A stretch of 64,000 bases of DNA from the human T2T-CHM13v2.0 reference genome, Homo sapiens. The stretch is taken from the NCBI RefSeq assembly GCF_009914755.1, contig NC_060925.1; one strand, given 5' to 3'. Shown piece by piece: positions 14,701 through 29,000 of the stretch. How positions within the stretch are numbered: the first letter of the stretch is position 1; the number at the start of each line of letters is the position of its first letter. A model generated the notes under the pieces. That model saw only the letters and a list, made by a program, of their open reading frames with translations. It was not told where the DNA came from and ran no database searches. A program made the translations under genes and the position numbers.

Positions 14701-17700
14701 AATGGAATCATCGAATGGACTCGAATGGAATAATCATTGAACGGAATCGAATGGAATCATCATCGGATGGAAATGAAAGGAGTCATCATCTAATGGAATT
14801 GCATGGAATCATCATAAAATGGAATCGAATGGAATCAACATCAAATGGAATCAAATGGAATCATTGAACGGAATTGAATGGAATCGTCATCGAATGAATT
14901 GAATGCAATCATCGAATGGTCTCGAATGGAATCATCTTCAAATGGAATGGAATGGAATCATCGCATAGAATCGAATGGAATTATCATCGAATGGAATCGA
15001 ATGGAATCAACATCAAACGGAAAAAAACGGAATTATCGAATGGAATCGAAGAGAATCATCGAATGGACCCGAATGGAATCATCTAATGGAATGGAATGGA
15101 ATAATCCATGGACTCGAATGCAATCATCATCGAATGGAATCAAATGGAATCATCGAATGGACTCGAATGGAATAATCATTGAACGGAATCGAATGGAATC
15201 ATCATCGGATGGAAATGAATGGAATCATCATCGAATGGAATCGAATAGAATTATGGAATGAAATCCAGTGTGATCATCATCGAATGGACCCGAATGGAAT
15301 CATCATCCAACAGATGCTAATGGAATCAACATCGAATGAATCAAATGGAAACACCATCGAATTGAAACGAATGGAATTACCATGAAATTGAAATGGATGG
15401 ACTCATCATCGAATGGATTTGAAAGGAATCATCGAATAAAATTGATTGAAATCATCATCGAATGGAATCGAATGGTATCATTGAATGGAATCGAATGGAA
15501 TCATCATCAGATGGAAATGAATGGAATCGTCATAGAATGGAATCGAATGGATTCATTGAATGGAATCAGATGGAATCATCGAATGGACTGGAATGGAATC
15601 ATTGAATGGACTCGAAAGAGATCATGATTGAATGGAATTGAATGGAATCATCGAATGGTCTCGATTGGAATCATTATCAAATGGAATCGAATGGAATCAC
15701 CGAATAGAATCGAATGGAACAATCATCGAATGGACTCAAATGGAATTATCCTCCAATGGAATCGAATGGAATTATCGAATGCAATCGAATGGAATTATCG
15801 AATGCAAACGAATAGAATCATCGAATGGACTCGAATGGAATCATCGAATGGAATGGAATGGAACAGTCAATGAACTCGAATGGAATCATCATTGAATGGA
15901 ATCGAATGGAATCATCGAGTGGAATCGAATGGAATTATGATCAAATGGAATCGAATGTAATCATCATCAAATGGAATCAAAAATAACCATCATCAATTGG
16001 TATTGAATGGAATTGTCATCAAATGGAATTCAAAGGAAACATCATCAAATGGAACCGAATGGAATCCTCATTGAATGGAAATGAAAGGGGTCATCATCTA
16101 ATGGAATCGCATGGAATCATCATCAAATGGAATCGAATGGAATCATCATGAAATGGAATCTAATGGAATCATTGAACAGAATTGAATGGAATCGTCATCG
16201 AATGAATTGAATGCAATCATCGAATGGTCTCGAATGGAACCATCTTCTAATGGAAAGGAATGGAATCATCGCATAGAATCGAATGGAATTATCATCGAAT
16301 GGAATCGAATGGTATCAACACCAAACGGAAAAAAACGGAATTATCGAATGGAATCGAAGAGAATCTTCGAACGGACCCGAATGGAATCATCTAATGGAAT
16401 GGAATGGAATAATCCATGGACTCGAATGCAATCATCATCGAATGGAATCGAATGGAATCATCGAATGGACTCGAATGGAATAATCATTGAACGGAATCGA
16501 ATGGAATCATCATCGGATGGAAACGAATGGAATCATCATCGAATGGAAATGAAAGGAGTCATCATCTAATGGAATTGCATGGAATCATCATAAAATGGAA
16601 TCGAATGGAATCAACATCAAATGGAATCAAATGGAATCATTGAACGGAATTGAATGGAATCGTCATCGAATGAATTGAATGCAATCATCGAATGGTCTCG
16701 AATGGAATCATCTTCAAATGGAATGGAATGGAATCATCGCATAGAATCGAATGAAATTATCATCGAATGGAATCGAATGGAATCAACATCAAACGGAAAA
16801 AAACGGAATTATCGAATGGAATCGAAGAGAATCATCGAATGGACCCGAATGGAATCATCTAATGGAATGGAATGGAATAATCCATGGACTCGAATGCAAT
16901 CATCATCGAATGGAATCGAATGGAATCATCGAATGGACTCGAATGGAATAATCATTGAACGGAATCGAATGGAATCATCATCGGATGGAAATGAAAGGAG
17001 TCATCATCTAATGGAATTGCATGGAATCATCATAAAATGGAATCGAATGGAATCAACATCAAATGGAATCAAATGGAATCATTGAACGGAATTGAATGGA
17101 ATCGTCATCGAATGAATTGAATGCAATCATCGAATGGTCTCGAATGGAATCATCTTCAAATGGAATGGAATGGAATCATCGCATAGAATCGAATGGAATT
17201 ATCATCGAATGGAATCGAATGGAATCAACATCAAACGGAAAAAAACGGAATTATCGAATGGAATCGAAGAGAATCATCGAATGGACCCGAATGGAATCAT
17301 CTAATGGAATGGAATGGAATAATCCATGGACTCGAATGCAATCATCATCGAATGGAATCAAATGGAATCATCGAATGGACTCGAATGGAATAATCATTGA
17401 ACGGAATCGAATGGAATCATCATCGGATGGAAATGAATGGAATCATCATCGAATGGAATCGAATAGAATTATGGAATGAAATCCAGTGTGATCATCATCG
17501 AATGGACCCGAATGGAATCATCATCCAACGGATGCTAATGGAATCAACATCGAATGAATCAAATGGAAACACCATCGAATTGAAACGAATGGAATTACCA
17601 TGAAATTGAAATGGATGGACTCATCATCGAATGGATTCGAAAGGAATCATCGAATAAAATTGATTGAAATCATCATCGAATGGAATCGAATGGTATCATT

Positions 17701-20700
17701 GAATGGAATCGAATGGAATCATCATCAGATGGAAATGAATGGAATCGTCATAGAATGGAATCGAATGGATTCATTGAATGGAATCAGATGGAATCATCGA
17801 ATGGACTGGAATGGAATCATTGAATGGACTCGAAAGAGATCATGATTGAATGGAATTGAATGGAATCATCGAATGGTCTCGATTGGAATCATTATCAAAT
17901 GGAATCGAATGGAATCACCGAATAGAATCGAATGGAACAATCATCGAATGGACTCAAATGGAATTATCCTCCAATGGAATCGAATGGAATTATCGAATGA
18001 AATCGAATGGAATTATCGAATGCAATCGAATAGAATCATCGAATGGACTCGAATGGAATCATCGAATGGAATGGAATGGAACAGTCAATGAACTCGAATG
18101 GAATCATCATTGAATGGAATCGAATGGAATCATCGAGTGGAATCGAATGGAATTATGATCAAATGGAATCGAATGTAATCATCATCAAATGGAATCAAAA
18201 ATAACCATCATCAATTGGTATTGAATGGAATTGTCATCAAATGGAATTCAAAGGAAACATCATCAAATGGAACCGAATGGAATCCTCATTGAATGGAAAT
18301 GAAAGGGGTCATCATCTAATGGAATCGCATGGAATCATCATCAAATGGAATCGAATGGAATCATCATCAAATGGAATCTAATGGAATCATTGAACAGAAT
18401 TGAATGGAATCGTCATCGAATGAATTGAATGCAATCATCGAATGGTCTCGAATGGAACCATCTTCTAATGGAAAGGAATGGAATCATCGCATAGAATCGA
18501 ATGGAATTATCATCGAATGGAATCGAATGGTATCAACACCAAACGGAAAAAAACGGAATTATCGAATGGAATCGAAGAGAATCTTCGAACGGACCCGAAT
18601 GGAATCATCTAATGGAATGGAATGGAATAATCCATGGACTCGAATGCAATCATCATCGAATGGAATCGAATGGAATCATCGAATGGACTCGAATGAAATA
18701 ATCATTGAACGGAATCGAATGGAATCATCATCGGATGGAAACGAATGGAATCATCATCGAATGGAAATGAAAGGAGTCATCATCTAATGGAATTGCATGG
18801 AATCATCATAAAATGGAATCGAATGGAATCAACATCAAATGGAATCAAATGGAATCATTGAACGGAATTGAATGGAATCGTCATCGAATAAATTGAATGC
18901 AATCATCGAATGGTCTCGAATGGAATCATCTTCAAATGGAATGGAATGGAATCATCGCATAGAATCGAATGGAATTATCATCGAATGGAATCGAATGGAA
19001 TCAACATCAAACGGAAAAAAACGGAATTATCGAATGGAATCGAAGAGAATCATCGAATGGACCCGAATGGAATCATCTAATGGAATGGAATGGAATAATC
19101 CATGGACTCGAATGCAATCATCATCGAATGGAATCGAATGGAATCATCGAATGGACTCGAATGGAATAATCATTGAACAGAATCGAATGGAATCATCATC
19201 GGATGGAAATGAAAGGAGTCATCATCTAATGGAATTGCATGGAATCATCATAAAATGGAATCGAATGGAATCAACATCAAATGGAATCAAATGGAATCAT
19301 TGAACGGAATTGAATGGAATCGTCATCGAATGAATTGAATGCAATCATCGAATGGTCTCGAATGGAATCACCTTCAAATGGAATGGAATGGAATCATCGC
19401 ATAGAATCGAATGGAATTATCATCGAATGGAATCGAATGGAATCAACATCAAACGGAAAAAAACGGAATTATCGAATGGAATCGAAGAGAATCATCGAAT
19501 GGACCCGAATGGAATCATCTAATGGAATGGAATGGAATAATCCATGGACTCGAATGCAATCATCATCGAATGGAATCGAATGGAATCATCCAATGGACTC
19601 GAATGGAATAATCATTGAACGGAATCGAATGGAATCATCATCGGATGGAAATGAATGGAATCATCATCGAATGGAATCGAATAGAATTATGGAATGAAAT
19701 CCAGTGTGATCATCATCGAATGGACCCGAATGGAATCATCATCCAACGGATGCTAATGGAATCAACATCGAATGAATCAAATGGAAACACCATCGAATTG
19801 AAACGAATGGAATTACCATGAAATTGAAATGGATGGACTCATCATCGAATGGATTTGAAAGGAATCATCGAATAAAATTGATTGAAATCATCATCGAATG
19901 GAATCGAATGGTATCATTGAATGGAATCGAATGGAATCATCATCAGATGGAAATGAATGGAATCGTCATAGAATGGAATCGAATGGATTCATTGAATGGA
20001 ATCAGATGGAATCATCGAATGGACTGGAATGGAATCATTGAATGGACTCGAAAGAGATCATGATTGAATGGAATTGAATGGAATCATCGAATGGTCTCGA
20101 TTGGAATCATTATCAAATGGAATCGAATGGAATCACCGAATAGAATCGAATGGAACAATCATCGAATGGACTCAAATGGAATTATCCTCCAATGGAATCG
20201 AATGGAATTATCGAATGCAATCGAATGGAATTATCGAATGCAAACGAATAGAATCATCGAATGGACTCGAATGGAATCATCGAATGGAATGGAATGGAAC
20301 AGTCAATGAACTCGAATGGAATCATCATTGAATGGAATCGAATGGAATCATCGAGTGGAATCGAATGGAATTATGATCAAATGGAATCGAATGTAATCAT
20401 CATCAAATGGAATCAAAAATAACCATCATCAATTGGTATTGAATGGAATTGTCATCAAATGGAATTCAAAGGAAACATCATCAAATGGAACCGAATGGAA
20501 TCCTCATTGAATGGAAATGAAAGGGGTCATCATCTAATGGAATCGCATGGAATCATCATCAAATGGAATCGAATGGAATCATCATGAAATGGAATCTAAT
20601 GGAATCATTGAACAGAATTGAATGGAATCGTCATCGAATGAATTGAATGCAATCATCGAATGGTCTCGAATGGAACCATCTTCTAATGGAAAGGAATGGA

Positions 20701-23700
20701 ATCATCGCATAGAATCGAATGGAATTATCATCGAATGGAATCGAATGGTATCAACACCAAACGGAAAAAAACGGAATTATCGAATGGAATCGAAGAGAAT
20801 CTTCGAACGGACCCGAATGGAATCATCTAATGGAATGGAATGGAATAATCCATGGACTCGAATGCAATCATCATCGAATGGAATCGAATGGAATCATCGA
20901 ATGGACTCGAATGGAATAATCATTGAACGGAATCGAATGGAATCATCATCGGATGGAAACGAATGGAATCATCATCGAATGGAAATGAAAGGAGTCATCA
21001 TCTAATGGAATTGCATGGAATCATCATAAAATGGAATCGAATGGAATCAACATCAAATGGAATCAAATGGAATCATTGAACGGAATTGAATGGAATCGTC
21101 ATCGAATAAATTGAATGCAATCATCGAATGGTCTCGAATGGAATCATCTTCAAATGGAATGGAATGGAATCATCGCATAGAATCGAATGGAATTATCATC
21201 GAATGGAATCGAATGGAATCAACATCAAACGGAAAAAAACGGAATTATCGAATGGAATCGAAGAGAATCATCGAATGGAACCGAATGGAATCATCTAATG
21301 GAATGGAATGGAATAATCCATGGACTCGAATGCAATCATCATCGAATGGAATCGAATGGAATCATCGAATGGACTCGAATGGAATAATCATTGAACAGAA
21401 TCGAATGGAATCATCATCGGATGGAAATGAAAGGAGTCATCATCTAATGGAATTGCATGGAATCATCATAAAATGGAATCGAATGGAATCAACATCAAAT
21501 GGAATCAAATGGAATCATTGAACGGTATTGAATGGAATCGTCATCGAATGAATTGAATGCAATCATCGAATGGTCTCGAATGGAATCATCTTCAAATGGA
21601 ATGGAATGGAATCATCGCATAGAATCGAATGGAATTATCATCGAATGGAATCGAATGGAATCAACATCAAACGGAAAAAAACGGAATTATCGAATGGAAT
21701 CGAAGAGAATCATCGAATGGACCCGAATGGAATCATCTAATGGAATGGAATGGAATAATCCATGGACTCGAATGCAATCATCATCGAATGGAATCGAATG
21801 GAATCATCCAATGGACTCGAATGGAATAATCATTGAACGGAATCGAATGGAATCATCATCGGATGGAAATGAATGGAATCATCATCGAATGGAATCGAAT
21901 AGAATTATGGAATGAAATCCAGTGTGATCATCATCGAATGGACCCGAATGGAATCATCATCCAACGGATGCTAATGGAATCAACATCGAATGAATCAAAT
22001 GGAAACACCATCGAATTGAAACGAATGGAATTACCCTGAAATTGAAATGGATGGACTCATCATCGAATGGATTCGAAAGGAATCATCGAATAAAATTGAT
22101 TGAAATCATCATCGAATGGAATCGAATGGTATCATTGAATGGAATCGAATGGAATCATCATCAGATGGAAATGAATGGAATCGTCATAGAATGGAATCGA
22201 ATGGATTCATTGAATGGAATCAGATGGAATCATCGAATGGACTGGAATGGAATCATTGAATGGACTCGAAAGAGATCATGATTGAATGGAATTGAATGGA
22301 ATCATCGAATGGTCTCGATTGGAATCATTATCAAATGGAATCGAATGGAATCACCGAATAGAATCGAATGGAACAATCATCGAATGGACTCAAATGGAAT
22401 TATCCTCCAATGGAATCGAATGGAATTATCGAATGCAATCGAATGGAATTATCGAATGCAATCGAATAGAATCATCGAATGGACTCGAATGGAATCATCG
22501 AATGGAATGGAATGGAACAGTCAATGAACTCGAATGGAATCATCATTGAATGGAATCGAATGGAATCATCGAGTGGAATCGAATGGAATTATGATCAAAT
22601 GGAATCGAATGTAATCATCATCAAATGGAATCAAAAATAACCATCATCAATTGGTATTGAATGGAATTGTCATCAAATGGAATTCAAAGGAAACATCATC
22701 AAATGGAACCGAATGGAATCCTCATTGAATGGAAATGAAAGGGGTCATCATCTAATGGAATCGCATGGAATCATCATCAAATGGAATCGAATGGAATCAT
22801 CATGAAATGGAATCTAATGGAATCATTGAACAGAATTGAATGGAATCGTCATCGAATGAATTGAATGCAATCATCGAATGGTCTCGAATGGAACCATCTT
22901 CTAATGGAAAGGAATGGAATCATCGCATAGAATCGAATGGAATTATCATCGAATGGAATCGAATGGTATCAACACCAAACGGAAAAAAACGGAATTATCG
23001 AATGGAATCGAAGAGAATCTTCGAACGGACCCGAATGGAATCATCTAATGGAATGGAATGGAATAATCCATGGACTCGAATGCAATCATCATCGAATGGA
23101 ATCGAATGGAATCATCGAATGGACTCGAATGGAATAATCATTGAACGGAATCGAATGGAATCATCATCGGATGGAAACGAATGGAATCATCATCGAATGG
23201 AAATGAAAGGAGTCATCATCTAATAGAATTGCATGGAATCATCATAAAATGGAATCGAATGGAATCAACATCAAATGGAATCAAATGGAATCATTGAACG
23301 GAATTGAATGGAATCGTCATCGAATGAATTGACTGCAATCATCGAATGGTCTCGAATGGAATCATCTTCAAATGGAATGGAATGGAATCATCGCATAGAA
23401 TCGAATGGAATTATCATCGAATGGAATCGAATGGAATCAACATCAAACGGAAAAAAACGGAATTATCGAATGGAATCGAAGAGAATCATCGAATGGACCC
23501 GAATGGAATCATCTAATGGAATGGAATGGAATAATCCATGGACTCGAATGCAATCATCATCGAATGGAATCGAATGGAATCATCGAATGGACTCGAATGG
23601 AATAATCATTGAACGGAATCGAATGGAATCATCATCGGATGGAAATGAAAGGAGTCATCATCTAATGGAATTGCATGGAATCATCATAAAATGGAATCGA

Positions 23701-24253
23701 ATGGAATCAACATCAAATGGAATCAAATGGAATCATTGAACGGAATTGAATGGAATCGTCATCGAATGAATTGAATGCAATCATCGAATGGTCTCGAATG
23801 GAATCATCTTCAAATGGAATGGAATGGAATCATCGCATAGAATCGAATGGAATTATCATCGAATGGAATCGAATGGAATCAACATCAAACGGAAAAAAAC
23901 GGAATTATCGAATGGAATCGAAGAGAATCATCGAATGGACCCGAATGGAATCATCTAATGGAATGGAATGGAATAATCCATGGACTCGAATGCAATCATC
24001 ATCGAATGGAATCAAATGGAGTCATCGAATGGACTCGAATGGAATAATCATTGAACGGAATCGAATGGAATCATCATCGGATGGAAATGAATGGAATCAT
24101 CATCGAATGGAATCGAATAGAATTATGGAATGAAATCCAGTGTGATCATCATCGAATGGACCCGAATGGAATCATCATCCAACGGATGCTAATGGAATCA
24201 ACATCGAATGAATCAAATGGAAACACCATCGAATTGAAACGAATGGAATTACC
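8728..24253 (+). repeat. Seven tandem 2,218 bp three-module units
   Basis: Anchors at 8728, 10946, 13164, 15382, 17600, 19818, 22036 (ATG mutated to CTG) and 24254, each 2218 bp apart. Every unit has the GGATGGAAATGAAAGGAG junction. Confidence 0.95.
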
Positions 24254-26029
24254 ATGAAATTGAAATGGATGGACTCATCATCGAATGTATTCGAAAGGAA
24301 TCATCGAATAAAATTGATTGAAATCATCATCGAATGGAATCGAATGGTATCATTGAATGGAATCGAATGGAATCATCATCAGATGGAAATGAATGGAATC
24401 GTCATAGAATGGAATCGAATGGATTCATTGAATGGAATCAGATGGAATCATCGAATGGACTGGAATGGAATCATTGAATGGACTCGAAAGAGATCATGAT
24501 TGAATGGAATTGAATGGAATCATCGAATGGTCTCGATTTGAATCATTATCAAATGGAATCGAATGGAATCACCGAATAGAATCGAATGGAACAATCATCG
24601 AATGGACTCAAATGGAATTATCCTCCAATGGAATCGAATGGAATTATCGAATGCAATCGAATGGAATTATCGAATGCAATCGAATAGAATCATCGAATGG
24701 ACTCGAATGGAATCATCGAATGGAATGGAATGGAACAGTCAATGAACTCGAATGGAATCATCATTGAATGGAATCGAATGGAATCATCGAGTGGAATCGA
24801 ATGGAATTATGATCAAATGGAATCGAATGTAATCATCATCAAATGGAATCAAAAATAACCATCATCAATTGGTATTGAATGGAATTGTCATCAAATGGAA
24901 TTCAAAGGAAACATCATCAAATGGAACCGAATGGAATCCTCATTGAATGGAAATGAAAGGGGTCATCATCTAATGGAATCGCATGGAATCATCATCAAAT
25001 GGAATCGAATGGAATCATCATCAAATGAAATCTAATGGAATCATTGAACAGAATTGAATGGAATCGTCATCGAATGAATTGAATGCAATCATCGAATGGT
25101 CTCGAATGGAACCATCTTCTAATGGAAAGGAATGGAATCATCGCATAGAATCGAATGGAATTGTCATCGAATGGAATCGAATGGTATCAACACCAAACGG
25201 AAAAAAACGGAATTATCGAATGGAATCGAAGAGAATCTTCGAACGGACCCGAATGGAATCATCTAATGGAATGGAATGGAATAATCCATGGACTCGAATG
25301 CAATCATCATCGAATGGAATCGAATGGAATCATCGAATGGACTCGAATGAAATAATCATTAAACGGAATCGAATGGAATCATCATCGGATGGAAACGAAT
25401 GGAATCATCATCGAATGGAAATGAAAGGAGTCATCATCTAATGGAATTGCATGGAATCATCATAAAATGGAATCGAATGGAATCAACATCAAATGGAATC
25501 AAATGGAATCATTGAACGGAATTGAATGGAATCGTCATCGAATGAATTGAATGCAATCATCGAATGGTCTCGAATGGAATCATCTTCAAATGGAATGGAA
25601 TGGAATCATCGCATAGAATCGAATGGAATTATCATCGAATGGAATCGAATGGAATCAACATCAAACGGAAAAAAACGGAATTATCGAATGGAATCGAAGA
25701 GAATCATCGAATGGACCCGAATGGAATCATCTAATGGAATGGAATGGAATAATCCATGGACTCGAATGCAATCATCATCGAATGGAATCGAATGGAATCA
25801 TCCAATGGACTCGAATGGAATAATCATTGAACGGAATCGAATGGAATCATCATCGTATGGAAATGAATGGAATCATCATCGAATGGAATCGAATAGAATT
25901 ATGGAATGAAATCCAGTGTGATCATCATCGAATGGACCCGAATGGAATCATCATCCAACGGATGCTAATGGAATCAACATCGAATGAATCAAATGGAAAC
26001 ACCATCGAATTGAAACGAATGGAATTACC

Positions 26030-29000
26030 ATGAAATTGAAATGGATGGACTCATCATCGAATGGATTTGAAAGGAATCATCGAATAAAATTGATTGAAAT
26101 CATCATCGAATGGAATCGAATGGTATCATTGAATGGAATCGAATGGAATCATCATCAGATGGAAATGAATGGAATCGTCATAGAATGGAATCGAATGGAT
26201 TCATTGAATGGAATCAGATGGAATCATCGAATGGACTGGAATGGAATCATTGAATGGACTCGAAAGAGATCATGATTGAATGGAATTGAATGGAATCATC
26301 GAATGGTCTCGATTGGAATCATTATCAAATGGAATCGAATGGAATCACCGAATAGAATCGAATGGAACAATCATCGAATGGACTCAAATGGAATTATCCT
26401 CCAATGGAATCGAATGGAATTATCGAATGCAATCGAATGGAATTATCGAATGCAATCGAATAGAATCATCGAATGGACTCGAATGGAATCATCGAATGGA
26501 ATGGAATGGAACAGTCAATGAACTCGAATGGAATCATCATTGAATGGAATCGAATGGAATCATCGAGTGGAATCGAATGGAATTATGATCAAATGGAATC
26601 GAATGTAATCATCATCAAATGGAATCAAAAATAACCATCATCAATTGGTATTGAATGGAATTGTCATCAAATGGAATTCAAAGGAAACATCATCAAATGG
26701 AACCGAATGGAATCCTCATTGAATGGAAATGAAAGGGGTCATCATCTAATGGAATCGCATGGAATCATCATCAAATGGAATCGAATGGAATCATCATCAA
26801 ATGGAATCTAATGGAATCATTGAACAGAATTGAATGGAATCGTCATCGAATGAATTGAATGCAATCATCGAATGGTCTCGAATGGAACCATCTTCTAATG
26901 GAAAGGAATGGAATCATCGCATAGAATCGAATGGAATTATCATCGAATGGAATCGAATGGTATCAACACCAAACGGAAAAAAACGGAATTATCGAATGGA
27001 ATCGAAGAGAATCTTCGAACGGACCCGAATGGAATCATCTAATGGAATGGAATGGAATAATCCATGGACTCGAATGCAATGATCATCGAATGGAATCGAA
27101 TGGAATCATCGAATGGACTCGAATGAAATAATCATTGAACGGAATCGAATGGAATCATCATCGGATGGAAATGAAAGGAGTCATCATCTAATGGAATTGC
27201 ATGGAATCATCATAAAATGGAATCGAATGGAATCAACATCAAATGGAATCAAATGGAATCATTGAACGGAATTGAATGGAATCGTCATCGAATGAATTGA
27301 ATGCAATCATCGAATGGTCTCGAATGGAATCATCTTCAAATGGAATGGAATGGAATCATCGCATAGAATCGAATGGAATTATCATCGAATGGAATCGAAT
27401 GGAATCAACATCAAACGGAAAAAAACGGAATTATCGAATGGAATCGAAGAGAATCATCGAATGGACCCGAATGGAATCATCTAATGGAATGGAATGGAAT
27501 AATCCATGGACTCGAATGCAATCATCATCGAATGGAATCGAATGGAATCATCCAATGGACTCGAATGGAATAATCATTGAACGGAATCGAATGGAATCAT
27601 CATCGGATGGAAATGAATGGAATCATCATCGAATGGAATCGAATAGAATTATGGAATGAAATCCAGTGTGATCATCATCGAATGGACCCGAATGGAATCA
27701 TCATCCAACGGATGCTAATGGAATCAACATCGAATGAATCAAATGGAAACACCATCGAATTGAAACGAATGGAATTACCATGAAATTGAAATGGATGGAC
27801 TCATCATCGAATGGATTTGAAAGGAATCATCGAATAAAATTGATTGAAATCATCATCGAATGGAATCGAATGGTATCATTGAATGGAATCGAATGGAATC
27901 ATCATCAGATGGAAATGAATGGAATCGTCATAGAATGGAATCGAATGGATTCATTGAATGGAATCAGATGGAATCATCGAATGGACTGGAATGGAATCAT
28001 TGAATGGACTCGAAAGAGATCATGATTGAATGGAATTGAATGGAATCATCGAATGGTCTCGATTGGAATCATTATCAAATGGAATCGAATGGAATCACCG
28101 AATAGAATCGAATGGAACAATCATCGAATGGACTCAAATGGAATTATCCTCCAATGGAATCGAATGGAATTATCGAATGCAATCGAATGGAATTATCGAA
28201 TGCAATCGAATAGAATCATCGAATGGACTCGAATGGAATCATCGAATGGAATGGAATGGAACAGTCAATGAACTCGAATGGAATCATCATTGAATGGAAT
28301 CGAATGGAATCATCGAGTGGAATCGAATGGAATTATGATCAAATGGAATCGAATGTAATCATCATCAAATGGAATCAAAAATAACCATCATCAATTGGTA
28401 TTGAATGGAATTGTCATCAAATGGAATTCAAAGGAAACATCATCAAATGGAACCGAATGGAATCCTCATTGAATGGAAATGAAAGGGGTCATCATCTAAT
28501 GGAATCGCATGGAATCATCATCAAATGGAATCGAATGGAATCATCATGAAATGGAATCTAATGGAATCATTGAACAGAATTGAATGGAATCGTCATCGAA
28601 TGAATTGAATGCAATCATCGAATGGTCTCGAATGGAACCATCTTCTAATGGAAAGGAATGGAATCATCGCATAGAATCGAATGGAATTATCATCGAATGG
28701 AATCGAATGGTATCAACACCAAACGGAAAAAAACGGAATTATCGAATGGAATCGAAGAGAATCTTCGAACGGACCCGAATGGAATCATCTAATGGAATGG
28801 AATGGAATAATCCATGGACTCGAATGCAATGATCATCGAATGGAATCGAATGGAATCATCGAATGGACTCGAATGAAATAATCATTGAACGGAATCGAAT
28901 GGAATCATCATCGGATGGAAATGAAAGGAGTCATCATCTAATGGAATTGCATGGAATCATCATAAAATGGAATCGAATGGAATCAACATCAAATGGAATC

